In this document: positions 18,720 through 29,344 of the stretch, piece by piece
How positions within the stretch are numbered: position 1 is the first letter of the stretch
Layout of the letters: each line of letters begins with the position of its first letter
Translations under genes and position numbers: made by a program
Notes under the pieces: generated by a model
What the model saw: the letters and a program-made list of their open reading frames with translations, nothing else
Database searches by the model: none
What the model was told of the DNA's origin: nothing
Virus record (IMG/VR): IMGVR_UViG_3300010347_002030
Source: a virus
Lineage: Duplodnaviria > Caudoviricetes
Reading direction: 5' to 3' (one strand)
DNA: 64,000 bases

Positions 18720-19226
18720 TTAAGGGCCGGTTTTTACAGCAATGTACAAAAGGAGCCACGATAGAATGAACCAGATTCCCAGTAATGTCGCAACAATTTT
18801 TTTCACAGTCGAAAGAGCTTCTTCATAAGTAACCCATCCCGGTTGGTCTTCCATTCTTTCGGTTGACATGGGTTCTGGAGGGGTCGGTGGAGGTGGCAAA
18901 GGATCACCACATGCTTGTATGAGGTATCCAAATTCAGAGCAAAATGAGTTATGTTTTTTTAATTTCTCTTTATATTCGGCAACCTTTTGTTCGTAAGCAG
19001 CTTTCCGAAGATTAAACTTTAGGAGAATGTCTTTATTTTGATCGTCTTGATATCGTTTTGTCCACCTATCCCATGTTTCTTCTGATATGCTAAACCAGAA
19101 AATAGGACAGATCAGACCCCCAAAAAGGATAGCACCAAAGACTATGAAAAGGATCGTTATTATCAGCCACGCAATGGCGTTTTTTGCTTCGCTTACAATT
19201 TTTGGTTCATGCCAAGGTTCAATCAT
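18720..19226 (-). CDS. Membrane protein with N- and C-terminal hydrophobic segments (moron-like)
   Basis: IAWLIITILFIVFGAILFGGLICPIFWF and IVATLLGIWFILSWLLLYIAV; own sigma70-like promoter. Confidence 0.65.
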   Translation of the reverse strand: MIEPWHEPKIVSEAKNAIAWLIITILFIVFGAILFGGLICPIFWFSISEETWDRWTKRYQDDQNKDILLKFNLRKAAYEQKVAEYKEKLKKHNSFCSEFGYLIQACGDPLPPPPTPPEPMSTERMEDQPGWVTYEEALSTVKKIVATLLGIWFILSWLLLYIAVKTGP

Positions 19227-19232
19227 ACTACA

Positions 19233-19261
19233 ACTATACGACTTTTTATATCAGAAGTCAA
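19233..19261 (-). promoter_or_regulatory. Sigma70-like promoter
   Basis: TTGACT-17 nt-TATAGT, 6 nt before ATG 19226. Confidence 0.65.
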
Positions 19262-19303
19262 GCTGAAAAACGGTTGCAATCGCATATTTATAAATGACCC
19301 AAT

Positions 19304-21802
19304 GTGGTCACATCTTATATGCCAGCAGAAGGCTCACATCAACAACGATTTAAGACCGATTTTGAATTACTCAAGGAACGACGTTCTATTGAGTCGGAAA
19401 TTCTAGCTATCTACCGAGAACAAGCCGAAGTTCAGAAAAACTATGGTAAGATTGATTCAAAGTTAGCAGCAAAAGCCCAAGAACATCAAAATAAGTTGAT
19501 AAAACTGGCTAAAGAACGCATCGAATTAGAAGATCAAATGTATGATATCGCTAATAAAATCGAGGCTGAATCTGATATCCGAAAAAAACTAAGACTGAAA
19601 TCTCGATACGATGAACATTACCATATGCTTCGGCAGTTGATGGATACTCAAACAGTAGAAAAACAAAATTTGGAAATCATTCTCCGAGAACTTGCGGTGT
19701 TGGGAAAAGTTGCAGATTTGGAACAAGATAGATTAAATAAAGTGTCGGCGTTTTTAGGACAGTTTGGAGAGATTTTTAACATTCATCAGAAATATCACAA
19801 TGGTCTTCGAAAGAGTCTCGGATTGGAAGGAGCACGGCTTCGAATGGCTGCTGCCTTTGCTGCGGTTTTTGAAATAATTTGGATGACGTTTAAAACGGTT
19901 GACGAATCTCTTGCTAAATTTCGTATTTCGATGGGAATGTTGCGTGAAGACTCTGGGAGAATTTCGACCTCCATTAAAGAAGTTGCTACGCAGTTCGCAC
20001 ATATTGGTGTAACCGTGGAAGGAGCGGCCAATGCTGCAATGGCTCTTGCCAATGAATTTGGCGGAACAATGAAAATCTCTGAGGATTTGATTGAGACAAC
20101 GTCCATTCTAAAAACTCAACTCGGAGTGGCGGAAGATTCTTCTGCGGGTTTCCTTCGTAATATGGGAGCCCTCACCAAAACAACTGCTCAAGCCCAACGA
20201 CACATGGTATATGTTGCGGATGCTTTAACTGCGGCAGCAGGAATTCCATTAAATCTCGTTATGCAGGATGTAGCCAAGATGTCTGGCAACGCTCTTGCTT
20301 TGGTTTCTAAGATGCCGCTTGCTATTGTGAAATCAGCCGTTGAAGCTCGGAAGATGGGAACAACCATCAATAAAATGGCGGATGCAAGTTCACAAATATT
20401 GAATTTTACGGAAAGTGTTCAGGCAGAAATGGAAGCATCCGTATTAATTGGTGAAAGCATCAATCTCCAAAGAGCCCGTTATTTAGCATTTCATGGACAA
20501 ATAGTTGAATCCACTAAGGAAATTCTTAATATCGCCAAGAAGATTGATTTTGAACATCTAGATTATTTCCAGATGCAAGCATTTGCGGCAGCAACCGGAC
20601 GCTCAACCGATGAACTTCTAAAAATGATTCAGGCGGATCGTCAATTGAGGGCCGCTCGGAGTGATGCATCTCTGGGACTTAAAGAGGAAGTGGAGTTGTA
20701 TGATTCACTTCAATCGAAACAAGAAGCGGCACTCCACAACGAAGTATTACAGCGTGAAATGGCCATAAAGAATATGGCAAATCAAGCTAGATTGACCGCT
20801 CTTCAACAACAATGGAATCAACTATGGATGGAAACAATACGGGTCATGTATCCTGCGTTTGATTTCCTTTTGAAGATGGCTACAGTGGCCGTCAGAATTG
20901 GACCACCTATTATGTTTGTTGTGAAGTCATTTAGTATGATAATGAATATGGCGGGTGCGTTGGGAGTAAAATTTGTATCCCTCTCGAAACCATTATTTGC
21001 CTTGGCCACTGGCATGAAACTGTTTGCAAACTTTGTTTCAACACCAGTAGTTTTGATAGGTAAACTATTTGGAGCATTGTCTAAATTTTCTGGATTGGTG
21101 AATGTTCTAAAGTTTGCGGCTCCATTCGCAAAGGCGATTCCAGTTATTGGGTGGGTCATAACCGCCTTACAGTTTGTTTCAAGCTTCATCGGGCATATTA
21201 AGAAAAACATGGCGGGAGGGGACAACTTTTTGGTTGCTGGAATCAAAGCTGCTGGATCGGCACTAATTGATGTTTTCCTGAAACCATTTCAAGGTATTTG
21301 GAACTGGATTATGAAGATATTCGGCCCCGGCTCTCCTTCTAAGATGATGGTTCAAATCATCAAGGGTGTTGCAAATGGTGCTGCTGCTATTTTCGACGCC
21401 TTGTCTTATCCTTGGAGAATGTTCTTGGCGTGGTTGGTTGAAAAGATTCCATATTTTGGAAAGAAATGGGCGGGTACCATTCGTGGTGGTGCGTCGGCCA
21501 TAGTCGCCGATATGGGACTTAGTGAGAAACAAGAAGAGTTGGCAACTTCCAGAACAAAAGTTGCCACAGAAGCCACAGCAGCAACGCCGACGCAGACCGT
21601 TACGGTTGTCCCATCCGAGGAAGAACGAAAACAACGAGAAACCGATTCGGAGGCTCTTGGAAATATTTTGAAGAGCCTACAGACCTTAAACGAAAACCTT
21701 CTTGCTGGAAAGATTGCTGTATATATCGACGGCCAACTTCTCAGTGCAACGTTAGCACGGCAAACCGCATTCAAAGGTGGTTATGGAGTAAATACAATCT
21801 AA
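19304..21802 (+). CDS. Tape measure protein
   Basis: 832 aa, helical and Ala-rich with a hydrophobic C-terminal region, ends VYIDGQLL; follows the chaperones; TATTTATA 19285-19292; start may be ATG 19319. Confidence 0.85.
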   Translation: MVTSYMPAEGSHQQRFKTDFELLKERRSIESEILAIYREQAEVQKNYGKIDSKLAAKAQEHQNKLIKLAKERIELEDQMYDIANKIEAESDIRKKLRLKSRYDEHYHMLRQLMDTQTVEKQNLEIILRELAVLGKVADLEQDRLNKVSAFLGQFGEIFNIHQKYHNGLRKSLGLEGARLRMAAAFAAVFEIIWMTFKTVDESLAKFRISMGMLREDSGRISTSIKEVATQFAHIGVTVEGAANAAMALANEFGGTMKISEDLIETTSILKTQLGVAEDSSAGFLRNMGALTKTTAQAQRHMVYVADALTAAAGIPLNLVMQDVAKMSGNALALVSKMPLAIVKSAVEARKMGTTINKMADASSQILNFTESVQAEMEASVLIGESINLQRARYLAFHGQIVESTKEILNIAKKIDFEHLDYFQMQAFAAATGRSTDELLKMIQADRQLRAARSDASLGLKEEVELYDSLQSKQEAALHNEVLQREMAIKNMANQARLTALQQQWNQLWMETIRVMYPAFDFLLKMATVAVRIGPPIMFVVKSFSMIMNMAGALGVKFVSLSKPLFALATGMKLFANFVSTPVVLIGKLFGALSKFSGLVNVLKFAAPFAKAIPVIGWVITALQFVSSFIGHIKKNMAGGDNFLVAGIKAAGSALIDVFLKPFQGIWNWIMKIFGPGSPSKMMVQIIKGVANGAAAIFDALSYPWRMFLAWLVEKIPYFGKKWAGTIRGGASAIVADMGLSEKQEELATSRTKVATEATAATPTQTVTVVPSEEERKQRETDSEALGNILKSLQTLNENLLAGKIAVYIDGQLLSATLARQTAFKGGYGVNTI

Positions 21803-21816
21803 GCTATTTATAGAAT

Positions 21817-24072
21817 ATGGCCAATCAATCACCAAGACCAACTCTTCCGATTCGGGTTCCGATAAATTATCCAAAGATTCCGACGCCGGGAAAGATTCGT
21901 ATTCTCTATGATGCGAACAAAAAGAATTTGTATCACAAGTTGTCTCCTTATGGTTACGATACTTTTTTAGGCATCAAAACCCGTCAGCCTTTCTTTTATA
22001 CGTATCCCGACGAAGCTAAGGAAAGCAGCGAATACTATATCGTTGATTTGTTCAAACATAGCACCAAAGATGTTCAACGTGTTTCAAAGTGGATGATTTC
22101 TCAGGGCGGAATTCTTTTCATTACAAAACAGTTTCTCATGCAAACGGGTAATGCGTTTAATGAAACCCGAATCTGGAATCCAACTTCTCCAATTGTTGCT
22201 GCGGGTATGCCTCTTACTTTTTGGTCTGCTAGGCCAATACGACACATAGATACAAGTGATCTTCTCGGTAGTTTTCTCGGAGGTTTCGGAAAGACGATTG
22301 GTGGTATTTTCGGACTGACAAATAAACCCCCACGCCCTCCCGCTGGAACGATTGGTGGTGCGCTCCCTCAAAATAGTGTTCAAGGGCAATGGGGAGGAAA
22401 GGGATTGCTTCGTGCCGGAACAGCCAATAAAGCAAGAAGTCAATTTGAAGTGAAGTGGCCACAGGGCAGTCCAGCCGGATATGGTGGCATATTCAAAGCT
22501 CTCGGGCAAACTTTGAAATCGATGTTTGGTAATTTCTTTCCAGAACGACAAACAGGAGTTAAAGCTCGTTCAGATGAAATTGCGTATGGGTTAATGCTTG
22601 GAAGTCAAACCGGAGAAAATGGACCATTTACGTATGAAGGTGTTCATGGACAAATCCCCGGAGTGCAACAATTTTGGTTTGCTGGTTCTCAAACTGTTAT
22701 GCGAAGAGGGATTAAGGGTTCTGTTTTACAACCGTTGAATTGGAACAAATTATACATTGACGAATATAAACGTCCGGTTTGGAGAAAACCTTCTTTTGTG
22801 CATATCGACGGACTAAGTGGAGCCTCTGGATATGAGGTTGGAGATACCCAAATTCCGGTTAAATATGGAGATTACGTTGGTTCGAATTCTAATAAAGATG
22901 ATTGGGAGGGTTCAGATGTTCTTATTCAATATGCAGATTACGTTGAAAAGGGTAGAAAGTTCCCTTCCAAGTTGGTAGATAAAAGTACTGATCAATTTCA
23001 ATTAATTAGGGTAAATCTCCAAGCAACATTGGATCGGATTCGTGAAACAAACATCTATACTGTATCTGGAAACGAAGAATCGTCAGTTCTTCCGTCACCT
23101 CGAAGAAATGTTATTGGATATGATCGCCTCTCTGCAATTAAGAGTCATGGTGCTATGGAAGAACAATACAAGAATTCCGTTTTGGAGGAATATCGAACAA
23201 AAAACATTAGCGTGCTAGATAATAAGCACACAGATAGTCCTACATGGAAGTCCAAGAAGTTTGCCGGTGCGGGTCAGGTTGATGGCATTAATACTCTGAA
23301 AGTTTTGTCTAAGGACCGAAAAATAACCAATCCTCTTATTGGCAACTGGACGGAATGGATGCCATATCAAGATGATCAGATTGCTTTCTATTTTTACGAT
23401 GTCGTCAACGAAAAGTACATTCCGTTCCGAGCTACTATTCGTGGTTTGCAAGAAACCGATTCAGCAACGTGGGAAGAACTTTCTTTTGTTGGTCGAGCGG
23501 ATAAACTTTACAATTATAGTGGGTTCAACCGTTCATTGACTTTTGGGTTTACGGTTAATATTAACAGCATTGTTGAACTTGCGCCAACTTGGCAAAGAAT
23601 CAACTATCTCATGAGTCTGGTTAAGCCTTCTCGTTATACTCAGGGAAATAGTTCCGACAATGAGATAGACGGACGCAAGGTTTTTAATCGTTATATAGTT
23701 CCCCCGATGGTGATGATAACCATTGGTGACATGTATAAGAATCAACCCATTGTTTTGGCCTCGGTTGGATTGTCTATCCCCGACACAGCACTTTGGGAAA
23801 CACTTAATCCACAAAATTCTGGCGAATGGTCTTATCTGGCCACTTATATCAAAGCACCAAAGGTTGGAAAATTGTACGGACAACTTCCTAAGACTGCCGA
23901 GATATCTATTAACGCTTATATCTTGGAGCAAGAACGGGCAATCGTTGGTGCGGCGCACTTCGGTAAGGCTCCCCACAATGAATTGTATGACAAAGGTGTA
24001 TATCGTAGGACGGGACCAGATTTCGCCGAGCCCACTGAGCTTCATAAATCTTTTATTGTTCATAATGGATAA
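21817..24072 (+). CDS. Baseplate/tail-tube-initiator-like protein
   Basis: C-terminal FRATIRGLQETDSATWEELSFVGRADKLYNYSGFNRSLTFGF...PPMVMITIGDMY; TATTTATA 21805-21812. Confidence 0.65.
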   Translation: MANQSPRPTLPIRVPINYPKIPTPGKIRILYDANKKNLYHKLSPYGYDTFLGIKTRQPFFYTYPDEAKESSEYYIVDLFKHSTKDVQRVSKWMISQGGILFITKQFLMQTGNAFNETRIWNPTSPIVAAGMPLTFWSARPIRHIDTSDLLGSFLGGFGKTIGGIFGLTNKPPRPPAGTIGGALPQNSVQGQWGGKGLLRAGTANKARSQFEVKWPQGSPAGYGGIFKALGQTLKSMFGNFFPERQTGVKARSDEIAYGLMLGSQTGENGPFTYEGVHGQIPGVQQFWFAGSQTVMRRGIKGSVLQPLNWNKLYIDEYKRPVWRKPSFVHIDGLSGASGYEVGDTQIPVKYGDYVGSNSNKDDWEGSDVLIQYADYVEKGRKFPSKLVDKSTDQFQLIRVNLQATLDRIRETNIYTVSGNEESSVLPSPRRNVIGYDRLSAIKSHGAMEEQYKNSVLEEYRTKNISVLDNKHTDSPTWKSKKFAGAGQVDGINTLKVLSKDRKITNPLIGNWTEWMPYQDDQIAFYFYDVVNEKYIPFRATIRGLQETDSATWEELSFVGRADKLYNYSGFNRSLTFGFTVNINSIVELAPTWQRINYLMSLVKPSRYTQGNSSDNEIDGRKVFNRYIVPPMVMITIGDMYKNQPIVLASVGLSIPDTALWETLNPQNSGEWSYLATYIKAPKVGKLYGQLPKTAEISINAYILEQERAIVGAAHFGKAPHNELYDKGVYRRTGPDFAEPTELHKSFIVHNG

Positions 24073-24074
24073 CC

Positions 24075-24371
24075 ATGAGAAGATACGCTACCAATGCCAC
24101 ACAAACAAGATGGGATGGAAAACAAGTCTATAAGAGCACTATTTATCCAACGGTTGCTCCAAGAGATTCGGATTTGTTAATTATAACATCGGAGACAGAT
24201 TATCTTGATACGTTGGCGCAAAAATATTACGGAGATCCTACTCTTTGGTGGATCATTGCCAGCGTCAATAATATCGGAAAAGGGAGACTAAGTGTAGAGC
24301 CCGGAGTTCAATTACGTATTCCGACGGAAATTCTATCAATTATCAATGCTTTCAAAACTCTAAATCAATAA
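24075..24371 (+). CDS. LysM-like baseplate wedge protein (gp53/gpX-like)
   Basis: DYLDTLAQKYYGDPTLWWIIASVN...PGVQLRIP. Confidence 0.85.
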   Translation: MRRYATNATQTRWDGKQVYKSTIYPTVAPRDSDLLIITSETDYLDTLAQKYYGDPTLWWIIASVNNIGKGRLSVEPGVQLRIPTEILSIINAFKTLNQ

Positions 24372-24374
24372 GTC

Positions 24375-27038
24375 ATGGCTATTCCACTGTTACCATGGGA
24401 ACCCCACGTTTTCCCGAAAGAAATTCAAATGGAACTTCGACGACGTTCCATGAATCGTGGTCTTAACCCAGTTCAATCGTTTCAAGTCGATTGGACGGAT
24501 GATCATAGCTGGATGGATTATCGGGGACCAATGTCTGCATGGGTAAGGGTTTGTTCAAATGGGGCTGGACCAGAAAAAGCCAACCCTCCGATGAGAGGAT
24601 TTGTTTTCTATGGTGGAAAAGATTTCTTTTCATCTTATGGTTTTACCGACAAAGTCATATCGTTCAATACACCAAAAGCCAACGAACCAAACAAGACGAT
24701 ATTGGGTTATACAGTCCATGGCTCTGCCCACATACTTGACAATGATAAGACGAACGATCATCCCATTCATGTTCCAAATCCCGAGATCGAACGAATAACG
24801 GCAACTATTCAGAAGGAAATTCTTCGTCGGGCTCGCATTGAATGGACCTGTTTTTCTTTCAAACAATTGGAGTACATGACACCTTATTTTTTGGTTCCCG
24901 GCATCACATGCATTATAGAATGGGGATGGAATCATTTTAATCCGCTATCGCTTCTTCAACTCGATAAGGACCAGCAATTGAGAGAATATTTTAATAATCC
25001 TTATCCTCTTTATACAGAAAACATTCTCATGTCGAAGGGGAATTATGAGGTTATCATTGGTACAATTACAAACTTTGAATGGTCTATTGAGGGCAATAAA
25101 ATCAAGTGCGTGACCGAAGTTACATCGAAAGATCGTTTGTATGCTGGTATTCCCATTCGTGGAAATTTGGTTCGTGCCGATGAGGAATTAACAGAAAAGT
25201 CTTCCACCGAAAAAACTAAATCACCACATGATTCCGAAACCGGAGTTTTGGATTCTTTTAAGCGGTTTGTGGTCGATTATGTTGAAAGGTTCAAAGATCT
25301 TCCTGATAAAACAAAGGATGGAGATGCAATTGTCAACTATTATATTTCCGAAAGAAAACCGTTGCATGGTTTTATACAGTTTCTTAAAGAACGCCATCCG
25401 AACAATTACAAAGATTATTTGTTTGGCATTTTTTATGGTCGTGATGAAAAATGGGTGAGTGTTTCTAAATCGTATGGTGGATATGCGTCTGCTAAAATAG
25501 GTATAATACCGGAAGGAAATTTAAGAACAAAACAAGAAAAGGTATTGGACGATGAGTATGCGAATAAGGAAAAGGATTTTGATGCTGCCAATCCCCGAGC
25601 CGATTTGTGGTTGAATATGGGATTGGTTATGGAATTGATGAACTTTTTTGGATGTTCTTCCCTTAAAGGTTTTAATAATGAATCTCTTTTCCTCGTTGAT
25701 GTGGACGATTGTATCATTTCCGCCCACCCAAATTTGATTTCAACGGACGGTGATATTCTGTTGATTCCAAATGCAATGGCTCCAAAATATCATACAGGTC
25801 AATATGGTGCAGCCGCAACCCGTGGAGATATTCCGTATGAAAAGCTTATGCAGCCAGCTTCTCAAAAAATGCCTATTGTAAACGCTGATGAGTTGGAAAA
25901 AATTAAGAATGACCCTAAACCAACATTGAAATGGGCTAACTATAGAATGCGTCGTGTTTTATTACAAGGAGCTAATTATGGAATTTTACGAGATGATCTG
26001 AGCCAACTTATCAATGCACACAGATACAAATTTGGAAATCCTAGGGGTGATTTTGAGTTTCCTTTTACTGGAGATTATATGGTTGAAGAGGGTGGTGAAC
26101 TTCGTGTTTATGAAGCGTGGTTTACAGGGTTCTTCAAAAATCTTTATTTGAATACGAAGGTTCTTAAAGAACTCGTTCAAAACAAAGACATTGTTACTTT
26201 GAAAGATTTAGTGGAGGCGATCTTTGCAAAAATCAATCAGGCAGCGGCGGGCTTTTGGAAGTTCAAACTTACTGGAGCTACGGGAAGAAGTAGTTCAAAG
26301 GGATTGGCTACAATGAAAGTGATCGATGAGAACTTGACTCAGTTAACCTCCAATGTTGGCGAAGTGTTTACGTTTGATTACAATGCCGCAGATGGTTTGA
26401 TTCAGCAATTGAATTTTCGACCAATGCTGAGTAATGCACAAGCCATTCGAACCATTTATGCTCAAACTAATCTTGAAAACAAACAACGGGTTGTCATGAG
26501 TGGTCAGAATGAACTTTTGGATTACAAGTTTAAAGATCGGTTATTCATGGATGCCAATAAATCTCAGAACAAAGAAGAACCATCTGTGTTTACCAACAAT
26601 TCATACAAAGAAACCATGGCAAAACTTCAATCGGTTGATCCGCTTGATAAATGTTTTCAAATGACAACGAAGGACAAGAAAACTCAAAAGAAAGTGATTT
26701 TTCGTCTTGCCATTCCACCAAGCCATGAAGAAATTTTGTACCTACTGTTAGATGACGATGACCGAAACCATAATCCTCGCTATACTGGAATCATGCCGGG
26801 AATTCAGGCTGAAATTACCATACAAGGCATTGCTGGCATTCGAACGTTTTCAGTGTTTCGCATTCGAGGATTGCCAGAGCCATACTCTGAAAGAGAAATT
26901 GTTTTTCGTGTTATAAACTGCAATGATACCGTTCAAAACGGACAATGGACCACTCAAATTGTTGCAGGTATTTTGCCTCTCCGAGCCTATTTTTGTTCTA
27001 AACTTAGACTTCCACCAACCGAGGCCAAGTCTGATTAA
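24375..27038 (+). CDS. Baseplate hub protein (gp27-like)
   Basis: Follows the LysM gene; CIIEWGW; C-terminal ITIQGIAGI...LPEPY...FRVI..NDTVQNGQWTTQI. Confidence 0.6.
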   Translation: MAIPLLPWEPHVFPKEIQMELRRRSMNRGLNPVQSFQVDWTDDHSWMDYRGPMSAWVRVCSNGAGPEKANPPMRGFVFYGGKDFFSSYGFTDKVISFNTPKANEPNKTILGYTVHGSAHILDNDKTNDHPIHVPNPEIERITATIQKEILRRARIEWTCFSFKQLEYMTPYFLVPGITCIIEWGWNHFNPLSLLQLDKDQQLREYFNNPYPLYTENILMSKGNYEVIIGTITNFEWSIEGNKIKCVTEVTSKDRLYAGIPIRGNLVRADEELTEKSSTEKTKSPHDSETGVLDSFKRFVVDYVERFKDLPDKTKDGDAIVNYYISERKPLHGFIQFLKERHPNNYKDYLFGIFYGRDEKWVSVSKSYGGYASAKIGIIPEGNLRTKQEKVLDDEYANKEKDFDAANPRADLWLNMGLVMELMNFFGCSSLKGFNNESLFLVDVDDCIISAHPNLISTDGDILLIPNAMAPKYHTGQYGAAATRGDIPYEKLMQPASQKMPIVNADELEKIKNDPKPTLKWANYRMRRVLLQGANYGILRDDLSQLINAHRYKFGNPRGDFEFPFTGDYMVEEGGELRVYEAWFTGFFKNLYLNTKVLKELVQNKDIVTLKDLVEAIFAKINQAAAGFWKFKLTGATGRSSSKGLATMKVIDENLTQLTSNVGEVFTFDYNAADGLIQQLNFRPMLSNAQAIRTIYAQTNLENKQRVVMSGQNELLDYKFKDRLFMDANKSQNKEEPSVFTNNSYKETMAKLQSVDPLDKCFQMTTKDKKTQKKVIFRLAIPPSHEEILYLLLDDDDRNHNPRYTGIMPGIQAEITIQGIAGIRTFSVFRIRGLPEPYSEREIVFRVINCNDTVQNGQWTTQIVAGILPLRAYFCSKLRLPPTEAKSD

Positions 27039-27044
27039 AAAGAC

Positions 27045-27073
27045 TTGATTTTGAATTCGAAATGGGTTATGGT
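27045..27073 (+). promoter_or_regulatory. Sigma70-like promoter for polA-like gene
   Basis: TTGATT-17 nt-TATGGT. Confidence 0.4.
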
Positions 27074-27083
27074 ATTGGCTTGA

Positions 27084-28433
27084 ATGATTGAAACTCGGTT
27101 GCAGTGGAAGTTGTTCGTCGCTGAGGCAGCGAACGATTCGTTGTTATTACACGTCGTACCTATTCACGACGAGATTCATTCTGCCATCAATTCTCCTTCT
27201 ATTCTGTTTATTAAGAACTTAGATAAGGACAAGACCTACTATTATGGATTTGATCATCCCGATGTAAAAAGACCCAAAGACCTTACAAATCAAGAGGTTA
27301 TAGAGACTCTTTCTGTTTTACCAGGGACAAAATGGGCAGTTGATAAGAAATCTTTTGATCATCTTGTGCCCATAAGGGGTACTTTAGATGTTGGATATAT
27401 TGGATACGTTAGGGACAATAAAGTATTTGAAATCAGAGACTTCGAAACGCCTGCTCATACCCTTGTTCGGCGAAATTTTGCTGGAAAGCCGGGATATGGG
27501 AAATTTGTTCCTTTGATGAAGCACCTTGAAGCGTTTACTGAACTGGCTGAAACCTGTGAAAGGCTAATTAAAAAGGTCAAAATCGACGATCCAATGCGAC
27601 AATTCAACCAAAAGATTATCGAACCTCTTGGAGAAGTTGAAACCCATGGGTTGGCGGTTGATGTGGACGTGTTCCGAAGAAATTTTGGAAATATATTTGT
27701 AAAATCGGGAAGGGTCTATACGCAGTATTATTTCTACACTTCCACAGGAAGACCCTCGAATCGTTTTGGTGGTATAAACTATGCGGCATTGAATAAAGAA
27801 GACGGGTCTAGAAAAGCATTTATTTCCCGATTTGGACAGAATGGTACGTTAGTTCTCATTGACTATTCAGCTTTTCATCCTCGCATTATTGCCAAACTTG
27901 TGGGTTATGATATTCCGGCGACCACCGACATCTATGAATATTTGGCGAAGCTTTATTTCAATAAAAAGAATGTAGATGAATCGGATATTGCTGATGCTAA
28001 ACAAATTACTTTCCGTCAACTTTACGGCGGCGTTGAAGAAAAGTATTCTCACATCAAGTATCTGTCACATTTAAAGAATTTCATCGATGAATATTGGAAT
28101 AATTTTAATAAGCATGGATACGTTGAGACCCCAATATTCAAACGAAGAATTTCAAATAAACATTTGCAAAATCCCAAGCCAGCAACGGTTTTCAATTACC
28201 TTTTACAGGCAACCGAAGGTGAGATTTCTATTCCTGTTTTGGGCAGTGTCAATGAACTGCTGAGAAAAAAACAAAGTAAAGCAATTCTTTACACTTACGA
28301 TTCCATTTTATTTGACTATTGTTTGGATGATGGTCCCATCTTTCCGGAAATCTGTGATTTGATGAGTCTTGACGGCGAGTTTCCGACGAAAGTTTATATC
28401 GGGCGCAACTACCACGATATGACGGTTTTGTAA
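27084..28433 (+). CDS. Short family A DNA polymerase-like protein
   Basis: TGRPS, motif A LIDYSAFHPR, motif B AKQITFRQLYG, NYLLQ, motif C YTYDSILFD; only 449 aa. Confidence 0.85.
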   Translation: MIETRLQWKLFVAEAANDSLLLHVVPIHDEIHSAINSPSILFIKNLDKDKTYYYGFDHPDVKRPKDLTNQEVIETLSVLPGTKWAVDKKSFDHLVPIRGTLDVGYIGYVRDNKVFEIRDFETPAHTLVRRNFAGKPGYGKFVPLMKHLEAFTELAETCERLIKKVKIDDPMRQFNQKIIEPLGEVETHGLAVDVDVFRRNFGNIFVKSGRVYTQYYFYTSTGRPSNRFGGINYAALNKEDGSRKAFISRFGQNGTLVLIDYSAFHPRIIAKLVGYDIPATTDIYEYLAKLYFNKKNVDESDIADAKQITFRQLYGGVEEKYSHIKYLSHLKNFIDEYWNNFNKHGYVETPIFKRRISNKHLQNPKPATVFNYLLQATEGEISIPVLGSVNELLRKKQSKAILYTYDSILFDYCLDDGPIFPEICDLMSLDGEFPTKVYIGRNYHDMTVL

Positions 28434-28494
28434 TAGCATTTTCTTTTACTTTCCGCATTTCAAGAGATATTTATAAGTAAAAAGGTCTCTTGTA

Positions 28495-29331
28495 ATGTCA
28501 AACATCATTGATCGTATTCTTACCGAAGTATGTCTGGATGAACGGATAGAATCCGGAATATTCGACATGGAAAACAGTACGCATATGCACGTTCTGTTCG
28601 AAACCATGATGGATAAATTCGGAATCTCTCTGGAAAACGCAAGGAACATCCACAACAAGATGGTAGAGGGAAAATACCCCGAACGACAGGCTTACAACAA
28701 GGATGGTCTTCTTGTTACGTTTCCAACTCCACAACATAAAGCTAGAGCGATTCAGCGAGGAACTCATTTTGAACACGATCCAACCAAAGGTGCAGCGGGA
28801 GGTTCAAACGTTTTTGGTGGTGGACAACCAGCGGCTCCACAAGGAGGACAACCTCCTGTAGAAAAGGGAGCCACAGCACCACAACCCCCCACCCAAAACG
28901 TTTTTCCAACGCAACCAACATCGGCACAGCAACCGGAACAGCAACCTTCTCCACAAGGAGAACCAAGTCAGCTTCCGGCCTCCGATGCTCCGCCTCCAAC
29001 TCCGATTTCTGCTCCAACTGCTGGTTCATCTTTACCACCGTCGGATTCCCCGGCACAACAAACAGCGGCGTCGGATAACCAGTCATTAGCAGTTGAGCCA
29101 CCAAGAGATTCAAATATCCCTGCTCCACCACCGAATTTTGATATACCAAAACCACCCGAACAAAAAGCAGCCGAAGCGCAAGTCGTAAAACAAATGCTTG
29201 CGGGTGATCCAAATAATTCAACACTAAGTCCAACGATTCCAGTTAATGTGTCTGAGCAATTGAAGCTTTTGTCACGCATGGCAGAAACGTTGGGCTATAG
29301 AGTTATTTTCGAATCCATGAACAAGAAGTAA
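28495..29331 (+). CDS. Pro/Gln-rich late protein
   Basis: TATTTATA 28468-28475; MSNIIDRILTE N-terminus. Confidence 0.6.
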   Translation: MSNIIDRILTEVCLDERIESGIFDMENSTHMHVLFETMMDKFGISLENARNIHNKMVEGKYPERQAYNKDGLLVTFPTPQHKARAIQRGTHFEHDPTKGAAGGSNVFGGGQPAAPQGGQPPVEKGATAPQPPTQNVFPTQPTSAQQPEQQPSPQGEPSQLPASDAPPPTPISAPTAGSSLPPSDSPAQQTAASDNQSLAVEPPRDSNIPAPPPNFDIPKPPEQKAAEAQVVKQMLAGDPNNSTLSPTIPVNVSEQLKLLSRMAETLGYRVIFESMNKK

Positions 29332-29344
29332 AGTTTCAAGAAGT

